From Candidatus Limnocylindria bacterium (lineage in GTDB: Bacteria; Chloroflexota; Limnocylindria; QHBO01), in assembly GCA_035759945.1 (NCBI GenBank), contig DASTTX010000102.1, forward strand, positions 2,027 through 66,026: DNA of 64,000 nucleotides, given 5' to 3'. How positions within the stretch are numbered: position 1 is the stretch's first letter; each line of letters starts with the position of its first letter. Below the pieces are notes generated by a model. The model searched no databases. It saw only the letters and a program-made list of their open reading frames with translations, and was not told where the DNA came from. Made by a program: the position numbers and the translations under genes. Shown in pieces: positions 25,762-35,400 of this stretch.

Positions 25762-26222
25762 GCGGCCAGGACGCCCATCAGCTGGTCGACGTGCTCGGCG
25801 GGCTTCACCTGCGGCAGCACGTGCTCGATCGTGCCGTCAGGGCCGATGATGAACGTCGTCCGTTCGTTGCCGAAGTACGTGCGCCCCGCAAACTTTTTCT
25901 CGATCCACACACCGAACGCCTCCGCCACGCGATGGCCCTCATCGGCCAGCAGCGGATACGGCAGGGCGTACTTGGCGCGGAACTTCGCGTGGCTCTTCAC
26001 GCTGTCGGGTGAGACGCCGAACAGGTCGATCCCGGTGCCGGTCACCCGGCTCCAGCTGTCTCGGATGCCACATGCCTGCGCCGTGCAGCCGGGCGTATCG
26101 TCCTTGGGATAGAAATACAGGATGTAGCGGCGTCCGGAGAGGGACGCGCTCGAGACGACAGTGCCGTCGTCGGTGCTCATCTCCCAGTCCGGCGCGCGGT
26201 CGCCTTCGGTGAGTCGCGTCAT
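25758..26222 (-). CDS. bcp: Thiol peroxidase / peroxiredoxin Bcp (thioredoxin-dependent)
   Basis: PKDDTPGCTAQAC peroxidatic Cys motif. 154 aa. Confidence 0.85.
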   Translation of the reverse strand: MTRLTEGDRAPDWEMSTDDGTVVSSASLSGRRYILYFYPKDDTPGCTAQACGIRDSWSRVTGTGIDLFGVSPDSVKSHAKFRAKYALPYPLLADEGHRVAEAFGVWIEKKFAGRTYFGNERTTFIIGPDGTIEHVLPQVKPAEHVDQLMGVLAA

Positions 26223-26231
26223 GCGTCGAGT

Positions 26232-27272
26232 CTAGCCGTCCGCGCCCATCTGCTCGATCGCGACCAGGACCGGCGGAAGCTCGCGACTCTCGATGCGTTC
26301 GGCGAGCGCGGCGGCGAAGGCATCGACGGCGGCGTCATCGGCTTCGGCGAGGTCGTGCCCAGCGCCGTCGAGCGCCTGCAACAACGGCTGGTTGCCGCCG
26401 TCGCGAAGGACCTGGCCAAGGAGCTGCGACTCCTCGGGATCCGCCCAGGCGTCCTCGCTGCCATGGGCGATCGCGACGTTGCGGTGAAGCATGGTGGCGA
26501 GGGCCAGCACCGGCGTGTGGAACGCCTGCTCCCAGGCCGCGAGGTTGAGCTCGACCGTGTCGTCGCCGACGTGAACCGCCATCGATGGCTCGCGTCGCTC
26601 GGCGCGCTCAATGAGCTCCTCGGAGGACCGATCCAGTGCGTCCACAATCGGATGATGGCGGTCGGCGCCGGTCCGCGCGCGCTCGGCGACTCCGCGGCGC
26701 AGGACGTCGCGCAACGATCTCGCAGATGGACCGATCAGCCCGACCGCGCCGATGGCCGGGTCGCCGATGGCGGCGCTGATGGCAATGGCTGCGCCCTCGC
26801 CATGGCCAACGATGGCGCAGCGCCGCAGGTCGAGCTCACGGCGTGAACGCATGGCGCCAATGCCGTCGCGCGCGTCGTCGATGCGAGTGAAGAGATCCGT
26901 CCGCGCCCACTCGCCGTCCGAGTCGCCGCAGCCGCGCGGGTCGTAGCGCAGGCTGGCCACGCCGTGGTGGACAAGGGCGCTGGCAAGGCGCGCGAAGATG
27001 CCGTCGGCCGCGTCGCTCGGGCGTGCGAACCAGCCCGGGTGGCCGGTGCGGTCCCAACCCCCGTCTCTGTCGCGCGGCAGCCAGGAGGGAACGAACAGTG
27101 CCCACGGCACGCGGCCCTCGGCGTCCGGAAGCGTCAACGTCGCCGACAGCGTCACGTCGCCGGCGCGAAAGCGGAGATCCTCGGAGCCGGTCACACAGGC
27201 GATGGTACGCGCGGCGTTCTCGTCGGTCGTCTCCGATCGCTCGGCGGGCAGCCTCGTCCGCACAGTGTTCAA
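26232..27272 (-). CDS. Alpha/beta-hydrolase fold protein
   Basis: Nucleophile-elbow-like GHGEG motif and overall alpha/beta-hydrolase organisation. Substrate unknown. Confidence 0.5.
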   Translation of the reverse strand: MNTVRTRLPAERSETTDENAARTIACVTGSEDLRFRAGDVTLSATLTLPDAEGRVPWALFVPSWLPRDRDGGWDRTGHPGWFARPSDAADGIFARLASALVHHGVASLRYDPRGCGDSDGEWARTDLFTRIDDARDGIGAMRSRRELDLRRCAIVGHGEGAAIAISAAIGDPAIGAVGLIGPSARSLRDVLRRGVAERARTGADRHHPIVDALDRSSEELIERAERREPSMAVHVGDDTVELNLAAWEQAFHTPVLALATMLHRNVAIAHGSEDAWADPEESQLLGQVLRDGGNQPLLQALDGAGHDLAEADDAAVDAFAAALAERIESRELPPVLVAIEQMGADG

Positions 27273-27343
27273 GAGTCTTGAACACTGCCGACGATAGCCC
27301 CGGCGCCGTACCAGCGAATTACTGCGCGCTTACCGCCAGCCCG

Positions 27344-28147
27344 TCAGGAGAGCAGCGGCCGCCACGTGCCGAGCGCCAAGCTGACGCCGATCGCGACGAC
27401 GGCGAGGCAGATGGCCGCCGCGATCCAGGCCAGGTCGCGCAGCGTCACCCGCTCGAGGCGTGCCGCCGTCCGGCATTCGGAAGCGCCGAAGCCGCGGGCC
27501 TCCATTGCCAGCGCCATGCGGCTGCCGCGCCGGACGGCGCCGACGAGCAGCGCCATGAGCTGACCGGCGAAGAGTCGAACGACCGCCACGGGCGACCGGC
27601 CGGCATCGACGCCCCGCGCCCGCCGCGCCATGCCGATGGTCTGCCACTCCTCCGCCAGCAGCGGCACGAGCCGCAGGGCGGCGAGCGCGCCGATCGCGAA
27701 GCGCGGCGAGGCATGCAGCTGCTGGACGAGCGAGTCGGCGATCTCGGTGGGCTGGCTCGTCGCCGTGGCGAGGATCCCGGTAGCGGCGATGGCCACCAGC
27801 CGCGCGGCCAGCCCGAGGCCGTCCACCAGCGTCTCGGCGCCGATCCGGACCGGTCCCAACGAGACGACGATCGGACCAGCCTGCTCGGGCGCGAACAGGA
27901 CGTTCGCGACGCCGATCGAGACCGCCGCCAGGCCGACCAGCCACGCGCGCCCGATCAGGCCGGCAGGCGACAGTCCGGAGAAGGGCAAAGCGCACGCCAG
28001 CCCCGCGAGCACGACGAGCGCCGTGACGCCATCCAGCGAGGCGAACAGCACGACCAGCAGCGCGAGCGCGGCCACCAGCTTGGCAACCGGGTTGGCGCGC
28101 GCGAGGGGAGCGCCCGGGTCCGGAACGAGCGGCGTGAGCAGCTGCAT
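27344..28147 (-). CDS. ecfT: ECF transporter transmembrane component EcfT (CbiQ family)
   Basis: 267 aa polytopic membrane protein immediately downstream of the duplicated ECF ATPase. ATGA overlap. Confidence 0.75.
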   Translation of the reverse strand: MQLLTPLVPDPGAPLARANPVAKLVAALALLVVLFASLDGVTALVVLAGLACALPFSGLSPAGLIGRAWLVGLAAVSIGVANVLFAPEQAGPIVVSLGPVRIGAETLVDGLGLAARLVAIAATGILATATSQPTEIADSLVQQLHASPRFAIGALAALRLVPLLAEEWQTIGMARRARGVDAGRSPVAVVRLFAGQLMALLVGAVRRGSRMALAMEARGFGASECRTAARLERVTLRDLAWIAAAICLAVVAIGVSLALGTWRPLLS

Positions 28148-29613
28148 CAGCGCGCGGCCTCGAGCCGCAGCGTCCGGTCGGCGAGGGCATTCACGAAGGC
28201 GCGGTCATGCGTCACGAAGCCGATGCCTCGACCGTCGTCGCGCAGCGCGGCCAGCAGATGCAGCAGCTCACCCCATGTGCGGCGATCCTGGCCAAAGGTC
28301 GGCTCGTCGAGGATGAGGAGCGAGGGCGCCGCGGCGAGTGCCGTTGCCACCGACAACCGGCGCTTCTCGCCACCCGACAGGGTGAAGGGATTCGCCCGCG
28401 CCAGGTGCGTCAGGCGCAGGCGCTCCATCAGCTCGTCGGCGCGGTGCGCGGCTGCATCGGCCCCGATGCCGGCGCGGCGCGGACCGAGCGTGAGCTCGTC
28501 GCGCACCGTGCGCGCCAGGAACTGGTGCTCGGGATCCTGGAACACGGTGCCGACATGGCGAACCAGCTCGGACGCGCGCCAATCGGCGATCGCCTCATGG
28601 CCGTGCCCGGCGGCGAGCGCCTCCGTCGCGAGCACATGCCCGATGCGGGGCCGCAGCAGGCCAGCCAGCATCAGCGCCAGCGTCGACTTGCCGCTCCCGT
28701 TGGGCCCGACGATGGCCAGTGCCTCGCTCGAGCGCAGCTGGAGGTCCGTCGGCGCCACGGCATCGGCGTCCGTACCCGGATAGCGGTAGGTCGCGTGCTC
28801 GGCGATGACCAGTGCCGAGGGGCGGGAGGTGGTGCGACGGGGTGGCGCGGGCGGTGGCTGATCGGGCACCCAGACGCCCGCGTCGGCCAGCTGCGCGCCA
28901 CGCGCCCGGAACACCTCGCCCGGCCGCCCATCGGCGAGCACGCCACCGCCTGCCTCGAGCACCACGACACGGTCCACCAGCGCGACCGATTCGTCGACGC
29001 GGTGCTCGACGAGCAGCATCGTCGCGCCGATGCGCTCGAGGACGCGGGCCAGCACCTCGCGGATCTCGGCCGCGCCCTCGGGGTCGAGGTTCGCGGTCGG
29101 CTCGTCGAGCATGAGCAGGCCGGGCTGCAGTGCGAGCGTCCCGGCCAGCGCGAGCCGTTGCTGCTCGCCACCGGAGAGGGCGTGGGTCGGACGGTCGCGT
29201 CCGTACGGGAAGTCGACCGCGGCCAGCGCCGCGTCGACCCGCGGCCAGATCGCATCGGTCGGGACGCATCGGTTCTCGAGCCCGAAGGCGACGTCGTCAC
29301 CGGCGCGACCCATCACGATCTGCGACTCGGGATCCTGGAAGAGAAGGCCGGTACGGTCTCGCGCCTGCCGGGGCTCGTGACCGTCGACCAGCAACGACCC
29401 CTCGGTCTCTGTCCCGCCACCAGGGTCGATCAGCCCGGCCAGCGCGGTCAGCAGTGTCGACTTGCCGGCTCCCGACGCGCCCAGCAGCAGCACTCGCTCG
29501 CCCGGCTCCACGACCAGGTCGACGCCCCGCAATGCCCACTCTCGGCGGCCGGGGTGCCGCAGGCCCCAGCCGCGTGCCTCGATTCGCGCGGGTGGCGCCG
29601 CCGGGCTTCGCAT
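28147..29613 (-). CDS. ECF transporter ATPase, a tandem EcfA-EcfA' fusion with two ABC domains
   Basis: Two Walker A motifs (GASGAGKSTLL and GPNGSGKSTLAL) and two ABC signature/Walker B sets (LSGGEQQR...LMLDEP and LSGGEKRR...LILDEP). Confidence 0.85.
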   Translation of the reverse strand: MRSPAAPPARIEARGWGLRHPGRREWALRGVDLVVEPGERVLLLGASGAGKSTLLTALAGLIDPGGGTETEGSLLVDGHEPRQARDRTGLLFQDPESQIVMGRAGDDVAFGLENRCVPTDAIWPRVDAALAAVDFPYGRDRPTHALSGGEQQRLALAGTLALQPGLLMLDEPTANLDPEGAAEIREVLARVLERIGATMLLVEHRVDESVALVDRVVVLEAGGGVLADGRPGEVFRARGAQLADAGVWVPDQPPPAPPRRTTSRPSALVIAEHATYRYPGTDADAVAPTDLQLRSSEALAIVGPNGSGKSTLALMLAGLLRPRIGHVLATEALAAGHGHEAIADWRASELVRHVGTVFQDPEHQFLARTVRDELTLGPRRAGIGADAAAHRADELMERLRLTHLARANPFTLSGGEKRRLSVATALAAAPSLLILDEPTFGQDRRTWGELLHLLAALRDDGRGIGFVTHDRAFVNALADRTLRLEAAR

Positions 29614-29638
29614 ACCGGCATTGTGGGTGGTCGCCGGC

Positions 29639-30226
29639 TCAGACCTCGGCCTGATCCCGCCCCGCCGCGAACTCGTGCAGGACGCCGGTCGCCACCAGCG
29701 CGCGGAGCAGCAGCCAGGCGCCGATCCCGGCGATGAGCGCCCCGCTGACCGATGTCGCGCCCGCGTACACCAGCTGCGCGTTCAGGCCGAAATCGGGGTA
29801 GTACACGACGATGTCATGGATGGCGGCGGCCAGTCCGGACAGCACGCCGGCCAGGATCGCGAACGTCAATCCCCATGACCGATACAGGCCGATGGCGAAC
29901 GCGACCTCCGCGCCGGCGCCCTGGATTGCCCCGGAGATGAGCGCGTCGATGCCGTATGGCGACCCGAGCAGCACCGACACGGCGGCCGACACGAAGCCGC
30001 CGAACAGCGCCGCGCCGGGACGTCGGACGATGAGGCCGACAAGCACGGCGGGCAGCAGCCATACGCCGTACATGATCGCCTGTGATGGGGGCAGCGCCAG
30101 GAACAGCGGTTCCGTCGCGGCGTAGATCGCGTTCCACGCCAGGAACACCACGCCGAAGGCGACGGCAATGACGGCCGCCACCACGATGTCGACGACGCGC
30201 CACTCGTTTCGAGGGCTGGTGGTCAT
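29639..30226 (-). CDS. ECF transporter substrate-specific S component (thiamine-precursor/HMP type, YkoE-like)
   Basis: 195 aa with 5-6 TM helices. Lies between a thiamine pyrophosphokinase gene and the EcfAA'T genes, under a TPP riboswitch. Confidence 0.6.
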   Translation of the reverse strand: MTTSPRNEWRVVDIVVAAVIAVAFGVVFLAWNAIYAATEPLFLALPPSQAIMYGVWLLPAVLVGLIVRRPGAALFGGFVSAAVSVLLGSPYGIDALISGAIQGAGAEVAFAIGLYRSWGLTFAILAGVLSGLAAAIHDIVVYYPDFGLNAQLVYAGATSVSGALIAGIGAWLLLRALVATGVLHEFAAGRDQAEV

Positions 30227-30879
30227 GTGCTCACTCCTTCTTCGCGCGTCCGCTCGGCAACCAGCAGGAGTCCCGACTCCAGCCGTACCGATGCGGGCGC
30301 CGCCACGATCTCGTTGCTCAACCCGCGAGAGCGCCCCATGTGGAGCGTCGCCGCATCGAGCGGCCAGCGAAGGCCGGCGGTGGTCACGCCGATGGCCTCG
30401 CCACCGATCGGCAGCAGGGTCACCAGATCGCCGATGCGTCCGTCCAGCGCAAGCGGCTGGTCCGGATGAACGATGCGGACCGTATTTCCGGCGTGCACGA
30501 CGCGCACGTGCCGCCCGCGAAGGGCGGGATCGGCAAGCAGCAGCAGGTTGGCCAGCTCGTGATCCAGCCTGTCGCCGCCGATTGCACCGAGCAGCACCGT
30601 CTCGTCGGCACCCAGCTGCATCGCAGCCAGGAGGGCGAGCTCGGTGTCCGACGCCTCCTTGTCGGCCGGATGCTGCTCGACCTTCACGCCGGCCTCGATC
30701 AGCCGCTCGACGAGGGACGGATCGGTCGAGTCCAGGTCGCCGATGAGCAGGTCGGGCTGCCGGCCGAGCCGCTCGAGCGACGCGGCGCCGCCGTCGGCCG
30801 CGATGACCCGCTCGGCGCCGTCAAGCCAGGCCGCGTCCGCCGGGTCGAGGTCGCCGGACGCGACCACCGCCACCCTCAT
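30223..30879 (-). CDS. thiN: Thiamine pyrophosphokinase (ThiN/TPK)
   Basis: Start MRVAVVASGD (ATG at 30879, preceded by a GGAGGA RBS). Motifs GDLDS and GGDRLDH match TPK. Confidence 0.75.
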   Translation of the reverse strand: MRVAVVASGDLDPADAAWLDGAERVIAADGGAASLERLGRQPDLLIGDLDSTDPSLVERLIEAGVKVEQHPADKEASDTELALLAAMQLGADETVLLGAIGGDRLDHELANLLLLADPALRGRHVRVVHAGNTVRIVHPDQPLALDGRIGDLVTLLPIGGEAIGVTTAGLRWPLDAATLHMGRSRGLSNEIVAAPASVRLESGLLLVAERTREEGVST

Positions 30880-30959
30880 CGGTCCTCCATTCGTGCCGGA
30901 GACAACGAACGGCACGCCGTTCCTCTTCTCCGTTGATCGAGGGGCGCGCCGTGGCAGCA

Positions 30960-31060
30960 GCTGTTTCGACTTCCTTCGCCGGCATGACCCGGATCAGGTT
31001 CGAGGGTCTGCGAATGCATCGGCATCCGCACTCTCAGCGCTGGTCGCGCTCCCCTGTCGC
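30960..31060 (-). ncRNA. TPP (THI-box) riboswitch
   Basis: Minus-strand RNA reads GGGGAGCGCGACCAGCGCUGAGAGUGCGGAUGCCGAUGCAUUCGCAGACCCUCGAACCUGAUCCGGGUCAUGCCGGCGAAGGAAG. It contains the conserved CUGAGA and ACCUGAUCYGGRUMAUGCCRGCGNAGGRA THI-box elements, about 90 nt upstream of the TPK start. Confidence 0.85.
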
Positions 31061-31106
31061 TTGGTGGGTTGTGCGTCCAGCCTAGCACCCACCCTAGAAT
31101 CGGTCG

Positions 31107-31577
31107 ATGCACCCAAACGTCGCCCGTGTGACCGACGCTGCCCGCGCCGCGGGCGTCGACATCAGCGTCGAGCGCTTCCCGGAGGGCACGCGCACGGCCG
31201 CGGATGCCGCCCGCGCGGTCGGCTGCGAGGTCGGTCAGATCGTCAAATCGCTCGTCTTCATGGCGGATGCGCGCCCCGTCGTCGCGCTCGTCTCCGGCGC
31301 CAATCGCGTCCACCTCGGCAGGTTGGCCACAGCCGTCGGGGCAACGGAGGCACGGCGCGCCGACGGGGACGAGGCACGCGCGGCGACCGGCTTCGCCATC
31401 GGCGGCGTGCCGCCGTTCGGCCATGCCAGCCACGTCGCCGTCGTCATCGACCGCGACCTGCTCGCCTTCGACCGGGTATGGGCGGCCGCCGGCCTCCCGG
31501 ACGCGGTCTTCGCCATCTCCCCGGATGAGCTCCTGCAGGCGAGTGGCGGCACGGTCGCCGACGTCAAGGAAGCCTGA
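31107..31577 (+). CDS. YbaK/ProX-family aminoacyl-tRNA editing (deacylase) domain protein
   Basis: About 156 aa with a YbaK/EbsC-like pattern (GQIVKSLVF...GGVPPFGH). Divergent from the riboswitch operon. Confidence 0.65.
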   Translation: MHPNVARVTDAARAAGVDISVERFPEGTRTAADAARAVGCEVGQIVKSLVFMADARPVVALVSGANRVHLGRLATAVGATEARRADGDEARAATGFAIGGVPPFGHASHVAVVIDRDLLAFDRVWAAAGLPDAVFAISPDELLQASGGTVADVKEA

Positions 31578-31587
31578 CCCCGAACCG

Positions 31588-32331
31588 ATGCCCCCGTCGA
31601 CCCTGTTCGCGCTGCTCGTGGTGGCCGGTATCGGCGTCGCTGCGATCTCGTTGCTCGTGCTGCGCCGCACCGAAGCCCAACCCGGCCGCGCGCGCCGCCT
31701 TGCCGGACCGCCCGAATTCAAGGTTGGGCACCTGGTGGACGGCGAGCTGCCGGATCGAGCGGTGCGCGTCGCTGGGCGCATCCGCTGCCGCGACCCGCTC
31801 GAAATGGGCGATGGCGAGCGCCTGGTCGCCTTCCACCGCGATGTCGAGGTGCACGCCGGCGGGCGCTGGCGGAGCATCGAGCGGCTGCGCGAGACTCGCT
31901 CGTTCGACCTGTGGGACCACGACGGATCCATCGCGCTCGACCCGGCCCGCGCCGAGGAGCCGCTCATCGTCATCCCGAGCGTGTGGCGCGGCCGGATCGA
32001 CGAGCTCGAGGAGGCGCACGCCGCCGCCGCCGCTCGCGTCGGCGAGCGCTACGGGCCGCCGGACGCGGCGCGGGCGATCACCCGCACCATCAACGTCACC
32101 GATCGCCTGCTCGTCCTCGCGCGGCCGGAGCGCGACGGCAGCGGCCGGACGCGGCTCGAGCCTCCCGCGGGCGGCTACCTCATATCGGCCCTCGAGCTCG
32201 ACGATGCCATGCGCCTGCTCGGCGGGCGCAATCGGCGCGCCACGGCCGGCGCCGTCGTGGGCCTGGCGGTGGCGATCGCGCTGGTGGCCATCGGCGGCAT
32301 CGGTGCGCTGATGAGCGCGCTGCTGGGCTGA
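31588..32331 (+). CDS. Hypothetical membrane-anchored protein (N- and C-terminal TM helices)
   Basis: 247 aa. ATG at 31588; the longer ORF-track version lies in the frame overlapping ybaK. Hydrophobic termini and a soluble central domain. No family recognised. Confidence 0.45.
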   Translation: MPPSTLFALLVVAGIGVAAISLLVLRRTEAQPGRARRLAGPPEFKVGHLVDGELPDRAVRVAGRIRCRDPLEMGDGERLVAFHRDVEVHAGGRWRSIERLRETRSFDLWDHDGSIALDPARAEEPLIVIPSVWRGRIDELEEAHAAAAARVGERYGPPDAARAITRTINVTDRLLVLARPERDGSGRTRLEPPAGGYLISALELDDAMRLLGGRNRRATAGAVVGLAVAIALVAIGGIGALMSALLG

Positions 32332-32495
32332 GCCCCGGTCCGAGCGCCAGTCCCGGAGCGGCAGCGGTACGGGGCGGACCGGTACGAACGACCGATCGCG
32401 CCCGCGACCTGCCGTTTCTAGCATCCGGTGCACGGTTCCTCACAGAAGCTCCATTCGGACCAGGGCCTCTGCCGGACCCGCACAAGGGAGTCTCG

Positions 32496-35400
32496 ATGGC
32501 CCGAGCCGAGGCCGATGACGCGCTTCTCAGCGTGGCGCAGGCAGCCACCCTCCTTGGTGTGCATCCGAACACGATTCGCGCCTGGACCGACGGCGGCCGC
32601 CTGACGGCGTACCGCATCAACGCGCGGGGCGACCGACGGTTCCGCCGCGACGACGTCGCCCGGCTGCTGGTCGAGGACCGAGCGAGCGCCGATGCTCCGC
32701 CGTCGACGGGATCGGGCTCCACGGGGCGCGACGGCGAGCTGGCCATCTTCGCGCGCATCGCCGCCGGGCTGGCAGCATCTCCGACCAGCGCCGGAGTCGC
32801 CCGGACCGTGGTCGAGGCGCTGCGCACCGAGATCGCCGTCGAACGGGTCGCCGTCTACGTGAGCGATGGGGAGCGCCTCGAGCTGGAGGCACACGCCGGC
32901 TTCGATGAGCCGCCACCCGCCACGCGCGAACCGATCGTCGGTGCCCGCGCGCCCGAGGGCGCTGACGTGGCGCTCAGCCTCAGCACGCGCCGCGGGAACG
33001 CCGGCCTGCTCGTGATCGACGGCGCGGCGGCGAACTCCTTCACGCCGCCCTTTCTCCGCTCGCTGCTCGCGATCGTCGCCACCACGATCGCCAGCACGCG
33101 CCTGCTCGGCCGGGCGCGCCGAGAGCTTCAGCGTGCCCGTGCCCTGCGCTCGGTCACCAAGGAGCTGACCGGCACGCTCGACCTGAACGCCGTCCTCGGC
33201 GAGGTGGTCGACCTGACGCGATCCCTGTTCGAGGCCGACAAGGCCGGCCTGTGGCTGGTGAGCGAGGGCGACTTTCCGTTCAGCGTCGCGGCGCAGCACG
33301 AGCTCAGCGAGGACTTCCTGGCGCACGTCGCCGCGCTGCGCGGCAACGAGGACTCCATCGGCCTGCGCGCGCTTAGGGAGCGGCGGCCGCATTGGATGCG
33401 CAATGCCGATGTCGACCAGGGCATCGGCATGCTTCGTGAGACGTACGCCGCCGAGGGCATCCGAACCGTGTGCCTGGTCCCGCTCGTCGGTGGCAGCGAG
33501 CGACTTGGCCTGCTCGGCCTGTACCACCGGCGCGATCGAACCTGGCCGGCGGAGGAGGTGGCCCTGGCACAGGCATTCGCCGATCAGGCGGCGGTCGCCA
33601 TCCAGAACGCCCGCCTCTACCGCTCGGTGGCGGCGCAGGCGGCCCGCATGAAGTCCATTCAGGATCTCTCCGCACGGCTCAACCGCCTGACGGACGTCCG
33701 CGCCATCGCCGAGGCGATCGTTGCCGAGGCGCGCCCGCTGGCCGAGTACCACGACATCCGGGTCTACCAGGTCGATGCCGAGCGGGGAATGTGCGAGCCG
33801 ATCGCGTTCACGCGCGAGATGCTGGCCGACGACGCCGTCAACCCGGAGGACCTGCTGCGCGTGGCGGTCGGCGAGGGGTTCACCGGCTGGGTCGCGCAGC
33901 ATGGCGAGCCGCTGCTGATCAACGACGCGCTCGACGACGAACGCGGGCAGACGATCGCCGGCACCGATGACGTCCCCGAGTCGATGCTCGTGGTGCCGAT
34001 GCTCTACGAGGGCAGGGTCCTCGGAGTCATCGTCCTCAGCCAGCTGGGGTACAACCGCTTCACCAACGACGACCTCCAGACGATGAGCATCTTCGCCGGC
34101 TACGCGGCGCAGGCCATCGCGAACGCCACGACCTACGAGCGGCTGGTGGCGCAGTCGTCCGAGCTCGCTCGCCGTGCCGACTCCCAGCGACGGCTGCTCG
34201 ACATCAACGAGCGGCTGCTCTCGACGCTCGACGAGGCAGGCGTGCTCGAAACGATCGCCGACGGCCTGCGCGACGTCGTCTCCTACGACAACCTGTCGAT
34301 CTATCGCGTCGACCACAACCTGCGCGTCATGCAGCCCGTCCTGACGCGCGAGCGCCACGCCGACGAGGTCAGCCGCTACATCATCCCCTTCGGCCGCGGC
34401 CTCATGGGCTGGGCGGTCGAGCACTCGCAGCCGATCCTGGCCAACGACGCGCTCGGCGACCCCCGAGCCCTCCAGATCCCCGGCACCCCGGAGGATCCAG
34501 AGGCGGTCGTGGTGGTTCCGCTCGTCGCCGATGGCGAGGTGCTCGGCGCCCTGAACGTCTCCCGGGTCGGCGGCCCCGAGGTGTACTTCAGCGACAGCGA
34601 CTTCGAGCTCGTGCAGCTCTTCGCGGCCCAGGCCTCCATCGCCCTGCGCAACGCCGCTGCCCACCATGCGATCAGTCAGCAGGCCCAGACCGATGCGCTG
34701 ACCGGGCTCGGCAACCACGGCGCGTTCCAGCGCGACCTCGGCACGTTCGTCGAGCGCGCCGCGTCGGCATCACGACCAGCGGACCGCCGCCTGGCGGTGC
34801 TGATGATGGACCTCGACCGCTTCAAGGCCTACAACGATCGCCACGGCCATCCCGCCGGCGACGCCCTGCTGCACCGGGCGGCGACCGCCATCTACGGTGC
34901 GGCGCGCAGCGACGACCGCGTGTATCGCTACGGCGGCGACGAGCTGGCCCTCATCCTTCCGGGCGCCACCGCGGCCGAGGCGGCCCGCGTCGGACAGCGC
35001 GTTCGACGCGCCGTCGGACGGCTGACTGTCGGCGACGCCACGCCGGTGACGATCACCGTCGGCGTGGCCGGCATGCCCGGTGACGCCGACGACCGAGCCG
35101 GACTGATCGCCGCGGCCGACACGGCCCTCTACTACGGCAAGCGCGCCGGCGAGGACCGGGTGGTGCGCGCCGATCAGCTGACGGCCGACGTCGGCGACCT
35201 GCGTGGCACCCTGGAGGAGCTCGCGTCGGCCGCACTGCGCGAGTCGGACGACGAGCACGCGGTTGAGCATCTCGTCGAGCGGGCGACGCTGCTCACCGCC
35301 CCGCACCACGAGGAGCAGGCGTCGTTGCGCGACGCGCTGCTCACCATCGCCCGCTCGCTGGACGCCGGCGTCGGTGGGCGCGGCCACGCGGACCGGGTGG

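Noticed and set aside
25154-25849. 231 aa plus-strand ORF
   Set aside because: Antisense to the bcp-associated micro-ORFs. The translation is acidic/Gln-rich low complexity.
31911-32495. 195 aa N-terminal extension of the GGDEF-protein ORF
   Set aside because: The extension overlaps the preceding membrane-protein gene and is compositionally aberrant. The conserved HTH begins at the ATG at 32496.
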